From IMG/VR virus record IMGVR_UViG_3300025635_000020: DNA of 63,635 bases, one strand, 5' to 3'. A model generated the notes under the pieces. The model was not told the origin of the DNA and made no database searches. It saw only the letters and a program-made list of their open reading frames with translations. A program made the position numbers and the translations under genes. Positions 48,501 to 55,469 of the stretch are shown here, piece by piece (the stretch's first letter is position 1; each line of letters begins with the position of its first letter). The stretch is from an uncultured virus (IMG/VR IMGVR_UViG_3300025635_000020) (taxonomy: Duplodnaviria; Heunggongvirae; Uroviricota; Caudoviricetes).

Positions 48501-51500
48501 GTCAACAAGTTTTCAAAGGTGGCGTAGTTGAGCGTTTTGTTAACCAAAGTCGCGTGTATGGTACTATTACCAGCACCATACCCATGGCCGACCTTGACAA
48601 CGGCGATACTATTTGTGTAAACAACATTGAGGTTGTAGTACCTGGGTCTTGGTCATCATCCACTGGATACGACGTCAACACTGTGGTCTACAACACAAGT
48701 GGCAGTACTGCACAAATCTACGTTTCTATACAAAATGTACCTGCATTTACAGCATTGACCAATACAGCCTATTGGACTCAATTAGAGTCAACTACAGTGT
48801 TGGCCAGTGTAGAAGTTCGTGCATTAGCACAACAAATTTCACTGTCGGTATTAAACGTATTGGCCACAGTTGATGCCGCTGGATATTTAACGCTCAGCGT
48901 GAAGAACTCCGATGCTGCTCCAGAATTTAATAAACTTCAAGTAGCACCCGGTACCATAGGCTCAACATTTGACGATTTAGGGTTTGAAACATTTGTTTGG
49001 ACTCAAACAATCACCAGTCCATATCCCACAGAATATGCAGGATTTGGTGCCAGTTTAAGCATTGATGATTCTGCGGTCAACCTTGTGGTAGGCGCACCAC
49101 AAGGTACGCTATATCTAGAAGCAGAATTTGACGATGGAACCACTTTCTTTGATGCTGGCAGTACTGTTTTCTTTTCAATTATTGTACAGAGTGGATCAGT
49201 ATACACATACGATTATCTCCCTAGCTCAACACTATTGATAACCAATCCGGGCAAATTTGTTTTTGGACAACAGATCAACAATGCAGATGTTGCACCATAT
49301 GATGGTTTTGGCACAGCAGTAAACTATACTTCTGGTGTGCTCATGGCCGGCGCACCCAAAAACGACTACAGTGACAGTACTGCTGATTTTGGCGCAGTAT
49401 TTGTATTTGAAAACGCTACTCGTACACCGTCGTGGACAGTGCTAAGACAACAGCAGCCTGTAGTAGACATTCGTTTATTGAACAGTGTATTTTTGTACGA
49501 TCGTATCACTAGTGCCAAGTCAGAATTTTTAGATTTTATCAATCCGTTGCAAGGTAGAATACTAGGAGCCGCTAGACAGAATCTTGACTACATTGGTGCT
49601 GTAGATCCTGCATCCTACAATGTTGGTTTTGTAAATATCACAGGAACCACCTGGGGCGCAGAACATATAGGCGAATTGTGGTGGGACGTTAGTTCGTTAA
49701 GATTTATTGATCCTAACCAAGATTCAATAGTGTACGCAAGTCGACGCTGGGCACAGTTGTTCCCGGGCAGCGAAGTTGATGTGTATCAGTGGGTAGTCAG
49801 TGATCAACCACCAGGCAGCTACACCGGCGAAGGCGTACCGTTGAATACTGCGTCTTATACTGTTAATACTAAACTTACCGTAGACGGAACATTTGCTACT
49901 GAATATTATTTTTGGGTACGAGGCATCACAGTCACTGCCACACAACTGGGTAAAACATTACCAGCTAGTACTGTAGCATCATACATTCAAGATCCTCGTG
50001 CCAGCGGCATAGCCTACATGGCACCTATCAATGCCAGTACCATTGCACTGTATAATAGTGCTGATTATATTGAAGCCAGTGACACCATTATCAGCATTGA
50101 GTTTGATCGTGAGTTGACCAATGACAATGTTCACGTGGAATATGAATTAATTCCACAGGATCGCGCAGACGGGTTTTTAAGTTCAAATCTGTACCGAAAA
50201 TTCCTAGATAGTTTTTGTGGAGTAGACACTTTTGGTAATTTGGTGCCGGACCCTAATCTAAGTCCAGCCGAACGTTATGGTGTGCAGTTCCGTCCAAGAC
50301 AAAGCATGTTTGTGGATCGTTTTGCCGCACTCAAGAATTATCTCACTAAAGCTAATGCAATATTAGCACAATACCCTATTGTTGAAACAAGAATCTTTAA
50401 CTTGCTGAATTCCAGCGAACCTGAGCCGAGTCAAATAACAGTAGTAAATGGGGTAACAGTAACCAACTGGAATCTGCGTGTGGCAACTCAAGAAATACTA
50501 GGATTCCAAGAACCAATTTGGAGCAATCCCAATGGTCCTATACCCATTGGTTACAAATACCTAGTGGTTTCTGACAGCGACAATCGAGGTCTGTGGACCA
50601 TTTACACTGTACAAAACAGTGACGTTACAGCAGGACAACGTGTGTTGGTGCTGACCAGTGTGCAAGGATACAACACCCCAGACTACTGGAGTTACATTGT
50701 ATGGAACCGCCCAGGATACAACCCCAGTACCAAGGTAATCACAGAAGTTGCAAACTACGCAGCGTTGAGTACGCTCACAGTTGACGTTGGCAGCTCGGTT
50801 AAAGTTACAGCCAATGCCCAGGGCAAGTACGAAATTTATCTGAGCACTGACACCGGATGGGAACGTGTGGTGTTACAAGATGGCACTATTAAATTCTCAG
50901 CAGAGCTGTGGGATTATGCACTGGGCAGATTTGGATTTGATCTTGAAGTATTTGATGCACAGTACTATGATCAAGAGCCAGTGATAGAAACTCGAAAGAT
51001 TATTCAAGCCATCAATGAAGAGTTGTTTATCGACGACCTGGCTATTGAACGTAACCGGTCCTTGGTGCTGATGTTTAACTTTGTATTGAGCGAATTCTCA
51101 GCACCCGAATGGTTAGTTAAAACATCTTTGATTGATGTAGACCATAGAATTCGAGAACTGCTACCGTTCCAAAACTATCGTCGAGACAACCAAGAATTTG
51201 TGGCAGACTATATTCAAGAAGTCAAGCCATATCATGTGAGCATTAGAGAATTCAATTTGAAGTATACTGGTAACGATCAGGCATTTGGAGACAATACAGA
51301 CTTTGATTTGCCAGCATATTTTAACACCGATTTGCAAGTAGCAAAATATACCAGTCCAATCTTGTTGCCTTATGAACACTCTACAAGTTTTAATGCTGGT
51401 ATCAATACTCAAAGTGATTTTTCTGCGTCAAGTACAATATGGGAAACATGGCCTTACTCACAATGGTATACAAATTATCTATTGAATATTGACAATGTAC

Positions 51501-54500
51501 AAATAGTTGATGGTGGATCAGGATATAATGAACCACCTCAAGTGACGTTTGTGGGCGATGCTGTAGTAGAAGCACAAGGTACAGCGGTTATCAACAGCTT
51601 GGGCCAGGTAGTAGCAGTCACAATAACTGATCCTGGTCAAGGATATCGTAGCACGCCCACAGTTGAATTCAGCGGTGGTAACGGCACAGGCGTACGAGCC
51701 TATGTGCATCTAATTGGGTCAGGTACCGGCGAAACGTTTAATACTGAACAAACTGGAGCAGAAAACAACTATAATCTAGTTAGAAGCTTTCGCACTGTGA
51801 TCAAATATGATAGATTCCAGTACTTCAGTGATGTTCAAACTTGGAGCCCAAATGGTACCTACCAAGACGGCACTTTGGTTCGCTACGATGATAGAGTGTG
51901 GCAAGCAAGTAGCTCAGATTCAACCGCCGTTGTGGGCCCTGAATTTAATCTTGAAGATTGGACTTTAGTAAACGCTGGAACGTACAACAACGGCCAAGGT
52001 CTCACAGGTGTTGATCGCACCATGGGCTTATATGTTCCCGGAGTAAGTGAACCCGGATTGGAATTGCCGCTTTTAATTGACGGGGTTGATTATCCCGGTG
52101 TGCAAGTGTATGGAGATTATTTCTTAGGAGACCCACTTGCAGTTGATGCAGAATATCAAAGCGAATTTACTGACACTACTTTAGGAACTTTGCCCACAGA
52201 TATTGATGTTGACGGCGGCCAGTTTGTTGATGTTTATGAAGGACATGCGCCTGAAGAGTTAGTCAATGGTGCAGAATTTGACACGCTAGACATGCGTGTG
52301 TACACTAGATCGGGTGCCGACTGGAGCCGTGACGGACATGGATTCCAACTGGGAACCATACGATACACATACGAACCTGCTGTAACTTCAACTTTGAGTT
52401 GGGCAGGTGTTGTCGAACATCCAGTGCAGGTGTTGGTCAGTAATATTACCACTGGAATAGATCTTGTGCCAGGCACTGATTTTACCATCGACTGGGACGA
52501 TTACACAATCACATTACTGACTGTGACAGCAGGCGATATTGTGAACATTTCGGTGTACGAGCTAGGCGGCGGCAGTCAATTGTATCGTGCCAATTACCTT
52601 GGCGGAGACATTGGCGCCACTGTTATAATTCCAGTAAACACCGCAGAAATCAGTGATGTCTATGTGTTTGTGAATGGCGAGTCAGTTAGTGGCATCACTT
52701 GGACACCTTATATTGACAGCACTGCCTGGAATATTTTGAATAGTTATTCAAGATTAGACATTGTAAACAACAGTGGCAATTATTACCGCGCACAGCAGAA
52801 TGTGCCACCTGGAGTTGTTATTACTAACACAGACTACTGGATCAATTTTGTGCCCACACTTGCAAGCGAAGTTGATCTTGGCACCAGTTACGGCCCAGGA
52901 TCAGGTATTGCCCTAGTAGCATTTGGCTTGACCACAGTTGAAGCTGGTTATTTTATCAAAGGCAACCAATATACCATTGCCACACTTGGCACCACTGATT
53001 TTGTTTCAATAGGTGCTGCCGAAAACACAGTGGGAGTAACTTTTACTGCTACAGGCGCAGGCACAGGTACGGGCACAGCCACAATTGACTACAGTTGGAG
53101 CACTCCACAGACACAGTACAAGGTAGCTGATGCAAACATGGTAGCTACACCTGTGATTACATTAATCAACAGCATGCAAGGCAGTAATTCTGCCAACATG
53201 GTGGTCACACGCAATGGATTGCGACTACAACCACCTGAAGGTATTGAATGGATTGGTGATAATGTTGAGGTGAGTTTTGGGTTACCTCAACGTGGCGGCT
53301 ACAGCCAAAGCATTATTGATGCTCCCAACGATATCCAGGTCTGGGTGGACAATATACTACAAGTACAAAGTATTGGCGCCATCATAGGAACCTACAGCGT
53401 AACTAACTGGTCAGGATCAAACACACCTGGGCGTCAAGTGGTGTTTACTGATCCTCCACGTAGTGGTGCTAGAATATTGATCAGTGTGAGTACCGAAGCA
53501 GATTATCGAGCAATAGGACAAACACTACAAATTTCTTCAGGAGTAAACCTAAATGATGTGTTTACTGTAACCACTTGGAATGACACAGCACAACAAAATC
53601 CAGTGACCCTGATATTCAATGGACCTATAGTAAGTGGATTGACCATCGCCGAACCGTATGACAGCACAGTTTATGATGCTGCAACTGTTTCAGGAGATCC
53701 TGGGTCATATGATTATTCCGTTGGTACCGCAGTCTACAGTAATGATTTTTTATTGAATCGTACTAGTGTCAATGCTGGACGTTTGTGGGTAACGTTAGAT
53801 GGATATAGATTGTTTGAGGGAGCCGATTTTACAGTTGAAGATGACGGGTCAACCCTCGAAAGTGCAACTTTGGTTTTGGCCGCAGGCCCCATTGCTCCTG
53901 GACAAATTCTTGCGGTGACCATGTTTACTGACAGCGTAGTTCCAGAATCCATGGCTTTTAGAATATTCCAAGACATGCGGGGGGTACAAGCCACATATCG
54001 AATTACTGCTGCAACCTCAACTACACTAAGTCAAGATCTCAGTGCTTCTGCTGATACTATTCATGTAACAGATGCTTCTGCGCTGAGCGAACCTAATCTT
54101 GAGCTAGGAGTGTTTGGGGTAATTACCATCGATGGCGAACGGATCATGTACCGCTACAGAGACACGGCTTTCAACACCGTTAGCAGTCTGTTGCGTGGTA
54201 CCGCAGGAACCGCAGCTACTACCCACACAGCAGGAGCAAATGTCTATGATATTGGGCGCGGTAATTTACTAGATCAACGATATCAAGATTACATTGTAAG
54301 CGACACCGGCATGGGAGACGGCACAACCAGCGTATTTTATGCACCAAGCATTGACGTTACTGATTTTGACGACAGCTCAACAGAAAATTTGTCAATCGAA
54401 GTCTACGTTGGGGGAGTACGGCAATACAAATACAGCGATACTTCTGCAACTAGCCAATATCGCTGGTTCTTAAGCCAGTTTGACCCAGTAACCATTGAAT

Positions 54501-54676
54501 TTGTAGTAGATGGCGCTGTGTATCCTGTATTGCAAGCACCAGCTGCTGGTAGCGAAGTGACTATTTTGGTACGCCAGGGCGTGACTTGGTATCAACAAGG
54601 AGAAACAACTGCCAGTGACGGTGTAGCTCTGCAAGATACCAATACTCTAGCCGCAAGGTTCTTGCGCGGTGAATAA
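39500..54676 (+). CDS. Giant (5058 aa) baseplate wedge/structural protein, gp7-like
   Basis: Follows gp6. N-terminal FLPEIFQT and FVNFSQYFW; EVKPYH motif near the C-terminus; FG-GAP-like repeats and carbohydrate-binding-like modules. Confidence 0.75.
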   Translation: MATVRSVDFLPEIFQTDANKQFLAATLDQLIQEPNFRKTQGFIGRSVGPGVNPNDKYVVEPTATRANYQLEPGVVSLIPETSQIRNAITYPGLNDAIGFQGGNSNRPDRLYSSEYYTWDPFVDFDAFVNFSQYFWVPGGPDVVDVGATGVPTSDNFTVTRANGVYSFSGINGDNPVIELVRGGNYTFQVAQNTKETVNYRVKNSGTTAYVIDFQNNPSLELARGNTYVFNLTLDGVYPFWIKTSATTGTGDAYTQGVSRNGASSGLVTFTVPQDAPDTLYYVAQNQGSMQGILNIVDGTPGTGPGFWIQTAPGVSGTLPATPNISSRNILGVINNGEDLGTITFNVPYKDAQSFYYNLTNIGTVDLLTDMQFAQINNQPVSEFINQYNGIDGITNLDGRTLVFTNPIEDTEAGGWYRTSFFDPLIDDPSNVGVAGSYDSVPYDYTIDIAPNQRYQKYQISYENIAGIMYIQLNKVSDIASLEKFTIGYGLTYSNTQWYKDATGQFQQIPLLSAVQDTLYYQDGTDPEIFGRIKLIEQTQTNVIYVDEILGRQNYTSPNGVTFSNGLRVRFVGDVSPSSYASGLSEFEYTATEAGTNYITYNNATDLYVGQQVVFSSPSLGGLNPGQTYYVRSISANGIKFTVSAVEGGPAVVLASGIGTAVATAISNREYYVSGVGTAIELLPTTNYVVPELYVEDADDSTIASEPAQPDYLTINRASKDLNAWSRSNRWFHIDVLNATAEYNNTTAVLDNNYRAKRPIIQFRPGMRLWNMGTSGKAPVDIIDFEATDAFSNIEGSTSYTTAGYTFVEGTRVIFAADEDTSVRNKIYIVSFVTPDTVDPLIAQPIITLTQATDGLVLLDESTVCINGTDIAGKTFWYNGIEWVEAQQKTSVQQAPLFNIYNSDGVSFGDGTQYQSTTFAGSKLFSYAVGDTGILDPILQFPLKYLNINNVGDIVFDNNLYVDTFLYVVDNVSVTSDISSGSVREYSSRINYQKLIGWQKAAVDQQLYQQFKFSYTGATLKLDVAALTQTSIAVPVIKIYVGSIFIDPSTYTYTTTDNSTTITLLNTYELTDIVEVLVLSNQTSKVAFYQVPNNLQSNPLNSNSQEFTLGTIRTHYQSICENLQTLQGPVNGANNTRDLGNIIPYGLVILQQSSPLTLAGYFMRSSDFNIFAAMQYNSREYTKFKAQMLDSVLTQNLGFETTAQVLDTAIQNVTLGKLDTQPFYWSDMIPAGITYASNSYTVSFITTNVFDTVQVYDFTTQNYLGLLVYLNGQQLTRGTDYTVATDGPRITVLSPLVPGDIILINEYNTTYGSFLPNTPTKLGLYPSWKPALITQVTSNGTAQFILGHDGSTTPVFDDIRDDVLLEFETRIYNNLKLDDNPVPLTIDDVLPGQFRDTGYTFEEINTIFNSDFLSYCGWNKLDYNQQNYLASNEFTYNYSSSNNRLDNQPLLGAWRGIYRYFYDTEQPSLTPWEMLGLTDEPAWWQDRYGPAPYTSDNLVLWDDLEIGLVADPVAPYTVPNYVRPGLTSVIPTDSEGNLLSPLNSVVGFTPLNTGLNSKFSKSWALGDGGPVEASWYNSSSYPFSVMHVLAVTRPAKFFALFADRDRYRYNLDYDQYLLDDRYRLDANGVEVYGNGTSKASYINWIVDYNRQTGIDSTDLLTADLKNLDVRLCYRMASFSDKQYIKLFTEKSSPNSTNTALLIPDQSYDILLYKNQPFDQVRYSSVAVQKVANGYAVFGFGNSQPYFNILQSQAVGKLATYSSGGITVRIPTFYTDTVIQVPYGFVFSNETTVCDFLASYGKLLDTQGLAFTNTANGYVLDWPRMINEFLYWSQQGWGQDAIINLNPLAAKLEITRPLAVVDSINVETTENLLLNQNSQEIPQRSLNIVRLGNRFSVEPLNLDAISYIDMRFTNYEHMIVLNNQSVFGDLIYDPVTGARQSRLTLVALTTSDWTGSVDTPGFILNQDNVQEWTGLRTYSKGEIVKYKNVYWSALTIVQPTDKFDFNVWTQSDYTQIELGLLPNLANKANQLANSYNINTANIESDNDLLAYGLIGFKPRQYMAALNLDDVSQVNVYRQFLRTKGTILAAELFKQANLGKESADYDIYENWAVQRAVYGANANRSFFELRLNRALLDSNPSLVQVIYPQQASEADQTIFFSNVWRQSFALTSTDILPVTTDLPTDTALPSAGYVNLEDVDITVFDIENAASLAANIDAIQVGTSIWVAKVNSYDWNIYRAQAVPGVIQHVCDNLDGTSRVIFNAQHGLTAGNKLIIKFFDPEINGVYQVLSVANLTTVNIAFNFTGDRVVANGLGLGFTLQTMRVDQASDVINLPYANNILPGAKVWVDNNGSGLWEVLQKNSVFSDIISLNPVLLDAGEQYGASVAQARNRLAALVGSPRYGFGSGTEYGAIYVYVKSYGDQYIPVSPIGTSDSILTVETTGVRGLGNAADFGNQTWAAAGASASQGTASLANVGYAFVIFRDPLLGEPGSIPYTTWQLLTPPTAPDRAVAGEMGYSVAVSQDERWIYVGAPGANQVHAYGQVDWQQQQLKVFADGSTKSWNINNSIQIDNIYQLKVTLNRQVQTVGVDYTITDLNTVTFINTPGLVNATAIVPGTEYTILTVGTTDFVSIGAASNTVGVTFTATGSATGSGTVLEETLIEFARYNSYQIPYTAVTQNLADDLDANGRRLGLATVETDNIYSFSIKLNGNLLRPNLDYTFAGTTVTFLISFISADILVVSAKEYFTYVYTIDSSDVTGGLTAGDRFGHSVCCTTDGRQVLIGTPYKAIANAIDTVSSTGLAAAGSAAYSNLSQYSTSGSGFGAKFDVSRSDSSYVVTVVRGGQDYAVNDTITILGTSLGGTSVNNLTITVNEVETFTEAGSTYVFDRSVQKFIYGTDGSTIDFTVLGSVTGPVSVLLNGQFLINQQNSVDAGPGLINTFTVNGNIITINADLVTGDIIEIETNQFQQVQEIDQNIIAEFSNFGQATDICSNNCSLYVGEPQSSQQVFKGGVVERFVNQSRVYGTITSTIPMADLDNGDTICVNNIEVVVPGSWSSSTGYDVNTVVYNTSGSTAQIYVSIQNVPAFTALTNTAYWTQLESTTVLASVEVRALAQQISLSVLNVLATVDAAGYLTLSVKNSDAAPEFNKLQVAPGTIGSTFDDLGFETFVWTQTITSPYPTEYAGFGASLSIDDSAVNLVVGAPQGTLYLEAEFDDGTTFFDAGSTVFFSIIVQSGSVYTYDYLPSSTLLITNPGKFVFGQQINNADVAPYDGFGTAVNYTSGVLMAGAPKNDYSDSTADFGAVFVFENATRTPSWTVLRQQQPVVDIRLLNSVFLYDRITSAKSEFLDFINPLQGRILGAARQNLDYIGAVDPASYNVGFVNITGTTWGAEHIGELWWDVSSLRFIDPNQDSIVYASRRWAQLFPGSEVDVYQWVVSDQPPGSYTGEGVPLNTASYTVNTKLTVDGTFATEYYFWVRGITVTATQLGKTLPASTVASYIQDPRASGIAYMAPINASTIALYNSADYIEASDTIISIEFDRELTNDNVHVEYELIPQDRADGFLSSNLYRKFLDSFCGVDTFGNLVPDPNLSPAERYGVQFRPRQSMFVDRFAALKNYLTKANAILAQYPIVETRIFNLLNSSEPEPSQITVVNGVTVTNWNLRVATQEILGFQEPIWSNPNGPIPIGYKYLVVSDSDNRGLWTIYTVQNSDVTAGQRVLVLTSVQGYNTPDYWSYIVWNRPGYNPSTKVITEVANYAALSTLTVDVGSSVKVTANAQGKYEIYLSTDTGWERVVLQDGTIKFSAELWDYALGRFGFDLEVFDAQYYDQEPVIETRKIIQAINEELFIDDLAIERNRSLVLMFNFVLSEFSAPEWLVKTSLIDVDHRIRELLPFQNYRRDNQEFVADYIQEVKPYHVSIREFNLKYTGNDQAFGDNTDFDLPAYFNTDLQVAKYTSPILLPYEHSTSFNAGINTQSDFSASSTIWETWPYSQWYTNYLLNIDNVQIVDGGSGYNEPPQVTFVGDAVVEAQGTAVINSLGQVVAVTITDPGQGYRSTPTVEFSGGNGTGVRAYVHLIGSGTGETFNTEQTGAENNYNLVRSFRTVIKYDRFQYFSDVQTWSPNGTYQDGTLVRYDDRVWQASSSDSTAVVGPEFNLEDWTLVNAGTYNNGQGLTGVDRTMGLYVPGVSEPGLELPLLIDGVDYPGVQVYGDYFLGDPLAVDAEYQSEFTDTTLGTLPTDIDVDGGQFVDVYEGHAPEELVNGAEFDTLDMRVYTRSGADWSRDGHGFQLGTIRYTYEPAVTSTLSWAGVVEHPVQVLVSNITTGIDLVPGTDFTIDWDDYTITLLTVTAGDIVNISVYELGGGSQLYRANYLGGDIGATVIIPVNTAEISDVYVFVNGESVSGITWTPYIDSTAWNILNSYSRLDIVNNSGNYYRAQQNVPPGVVITNTDYWINFVPTLASEVDLGTSYGPGSGIALVAFGLTTVEAGYFIKGNQYTIATLGTTDFVSIGAAENTVGVTFTATGAGTGTGTATIDYSWSTPQTQYKVADANMVATPVITLINSMQGSNSANMVVTRNGLRLQPPEGIEWIGDNVEVSFGLPQRGGYSQSIIDAPNDIQVWVDNILQVQSIGAIIGTYSVTNWSGSNTPGRQVVFTDPPRSGARILISVSTEADYRAIGQTLQISSGVNLNDVFTVTTWNDTAQQNPVTLIFNGPIVSGLTIAEPYDSTVYDAATVSGDPGSYDYSVGTAVYSNDFLLNRTSVNAGRLWVTLDGYRLFEGADFTVEDDGSTLESATLVLAAGPIAPGQILAVTMFTDSVVPESMAFRIFQDMRGVQATYRITAATSTTLSQDLSASADTIHVTDASALSEPNLELGVFGVITIDGERIMYRYRDTAFNTVSSLLRGTAGTAATTHTAGANVYDIGRGNLLDQRYQDYIVSDTGMGDGTTSVFYAPSIDVTDFDDSSTENLSIEVYVGGVRQYKYSDTSATSQYRWFLSQFDPVTIEFVVDGAVYPVLQAPAAGSEVTILVRQGVTWYQQGETTASDGVALQDTNTLAARFLRGE

Positions 54677-54696
54677 AGCAGGCTAAATAAGTGACC

Positions 54697-54846
54697 ATGT
54701 CAAACACACAACAAAAACAACCAGTTGAGCCCAAAACACAGAAAAAACCCAGTCGGCCCAACGAAACTGGATCTATATCTGTTCAGGCGCACATGAGAAT
54801 TTTTGATCCTAAAACACAGAAAACTTATGTGGAGGGCCGTGCATGA
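54697..54846 (+). CDS. Small 49-aa protein (not in ORF track)
   Basis: MSNTQQKQPVEPKTQKKPSRPNETGSISVQAHMRIFDPKTQKTYVEGRA*. TAAATA lies at 54684-54689 and there is an ATGA overlap with the next gene. Confidence 0.65.
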   Translation: MSNTQQKQPVEPKTQKKPSRPNETGSISVQAHMRIFDPKTQKTYVEGRA

Positions 54847-55448
54847 TTTCGGCAGGATTGGCAAAAATTACCGGGCATGTAAAAATACATGACCCCAACA
54901 GCGGCGAAATTTTTTACAATGATCACAACGCCATTCATTATGAAAACATATCTATTGCCATGGCTCAAACACTCAGTGATAGAAATATTGGTTATATCTA
55001 TCAAATGGCGTTTGGCAACGGTGGAAGCTCAGTAGATCCTACCGGGGTGATTACTTACTTGCCTCCAAACACCACAGGGCAAAACGCAGACTTGTACAAT
55101 CAAACCTATGCCAAAGTTGTTAATGATAACTCAGCTGCTGACACAGACCCAACCAACAACAAAATGACTGTGTTTCACACGTCTGGAAACGTTTATACTG
55201 ATATTTTGGTACAATGTTTGTTGGACTACGGTGAGCCCGCAGAACAACAAGCATTTGATAATTCAACCAATTTCAACGGTGAATTTGTGTTTGATGAACT
55301 AGGACTCAAGGCCTGGAACGGAGCCGCAGATAATTTGCGCTTAATTACACACGTGATTTTTCACCCTGTGCAAAAGAGTTTAAATCGTCAAATTCAAATT
55401 GACTACACGCTGAGAATTCAGACATTGAGCAATATCAATGCTGTATAA
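54843..55448 (+). CDS. Virion structural/baseplate protein
   Basis: GHVKIHDP, NAIH, MAFGNGG, FDELGL and THVIFHPVQKSLNR..I.YTLRI, a pattern resembling tail-fibre attachment/collar domains. Confidence 0.6.
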   Translation: MISAGLAKITGHVKIHDPNSGEIFYNDHNAIHYENISIAMAQTLSDRNIGYIYQMAFGNGGSSVDPTGVITYLPPNTTGQNADLYNQTYAKVVNDNSAADTDPTNNKMTVFHTSGNVYTDILVQCLLDYGEPAEQQAFDNSTNFNGEFVFDELGLKAWNGAADNLRLITHVIFHPVQKSLNRQIQIDYTLRIQTLSNINAV

Positions 55449-55451
55449 ATA
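55444..55451 (+). promoter_or_regulatory. T4-type late promoter
   Basis: Perfect TATAAATA upstream of the fibre gene at 55470. Confidence 0.75.
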
Positions 55452-55469
55452 TTGAACTAGGAAACAGAC

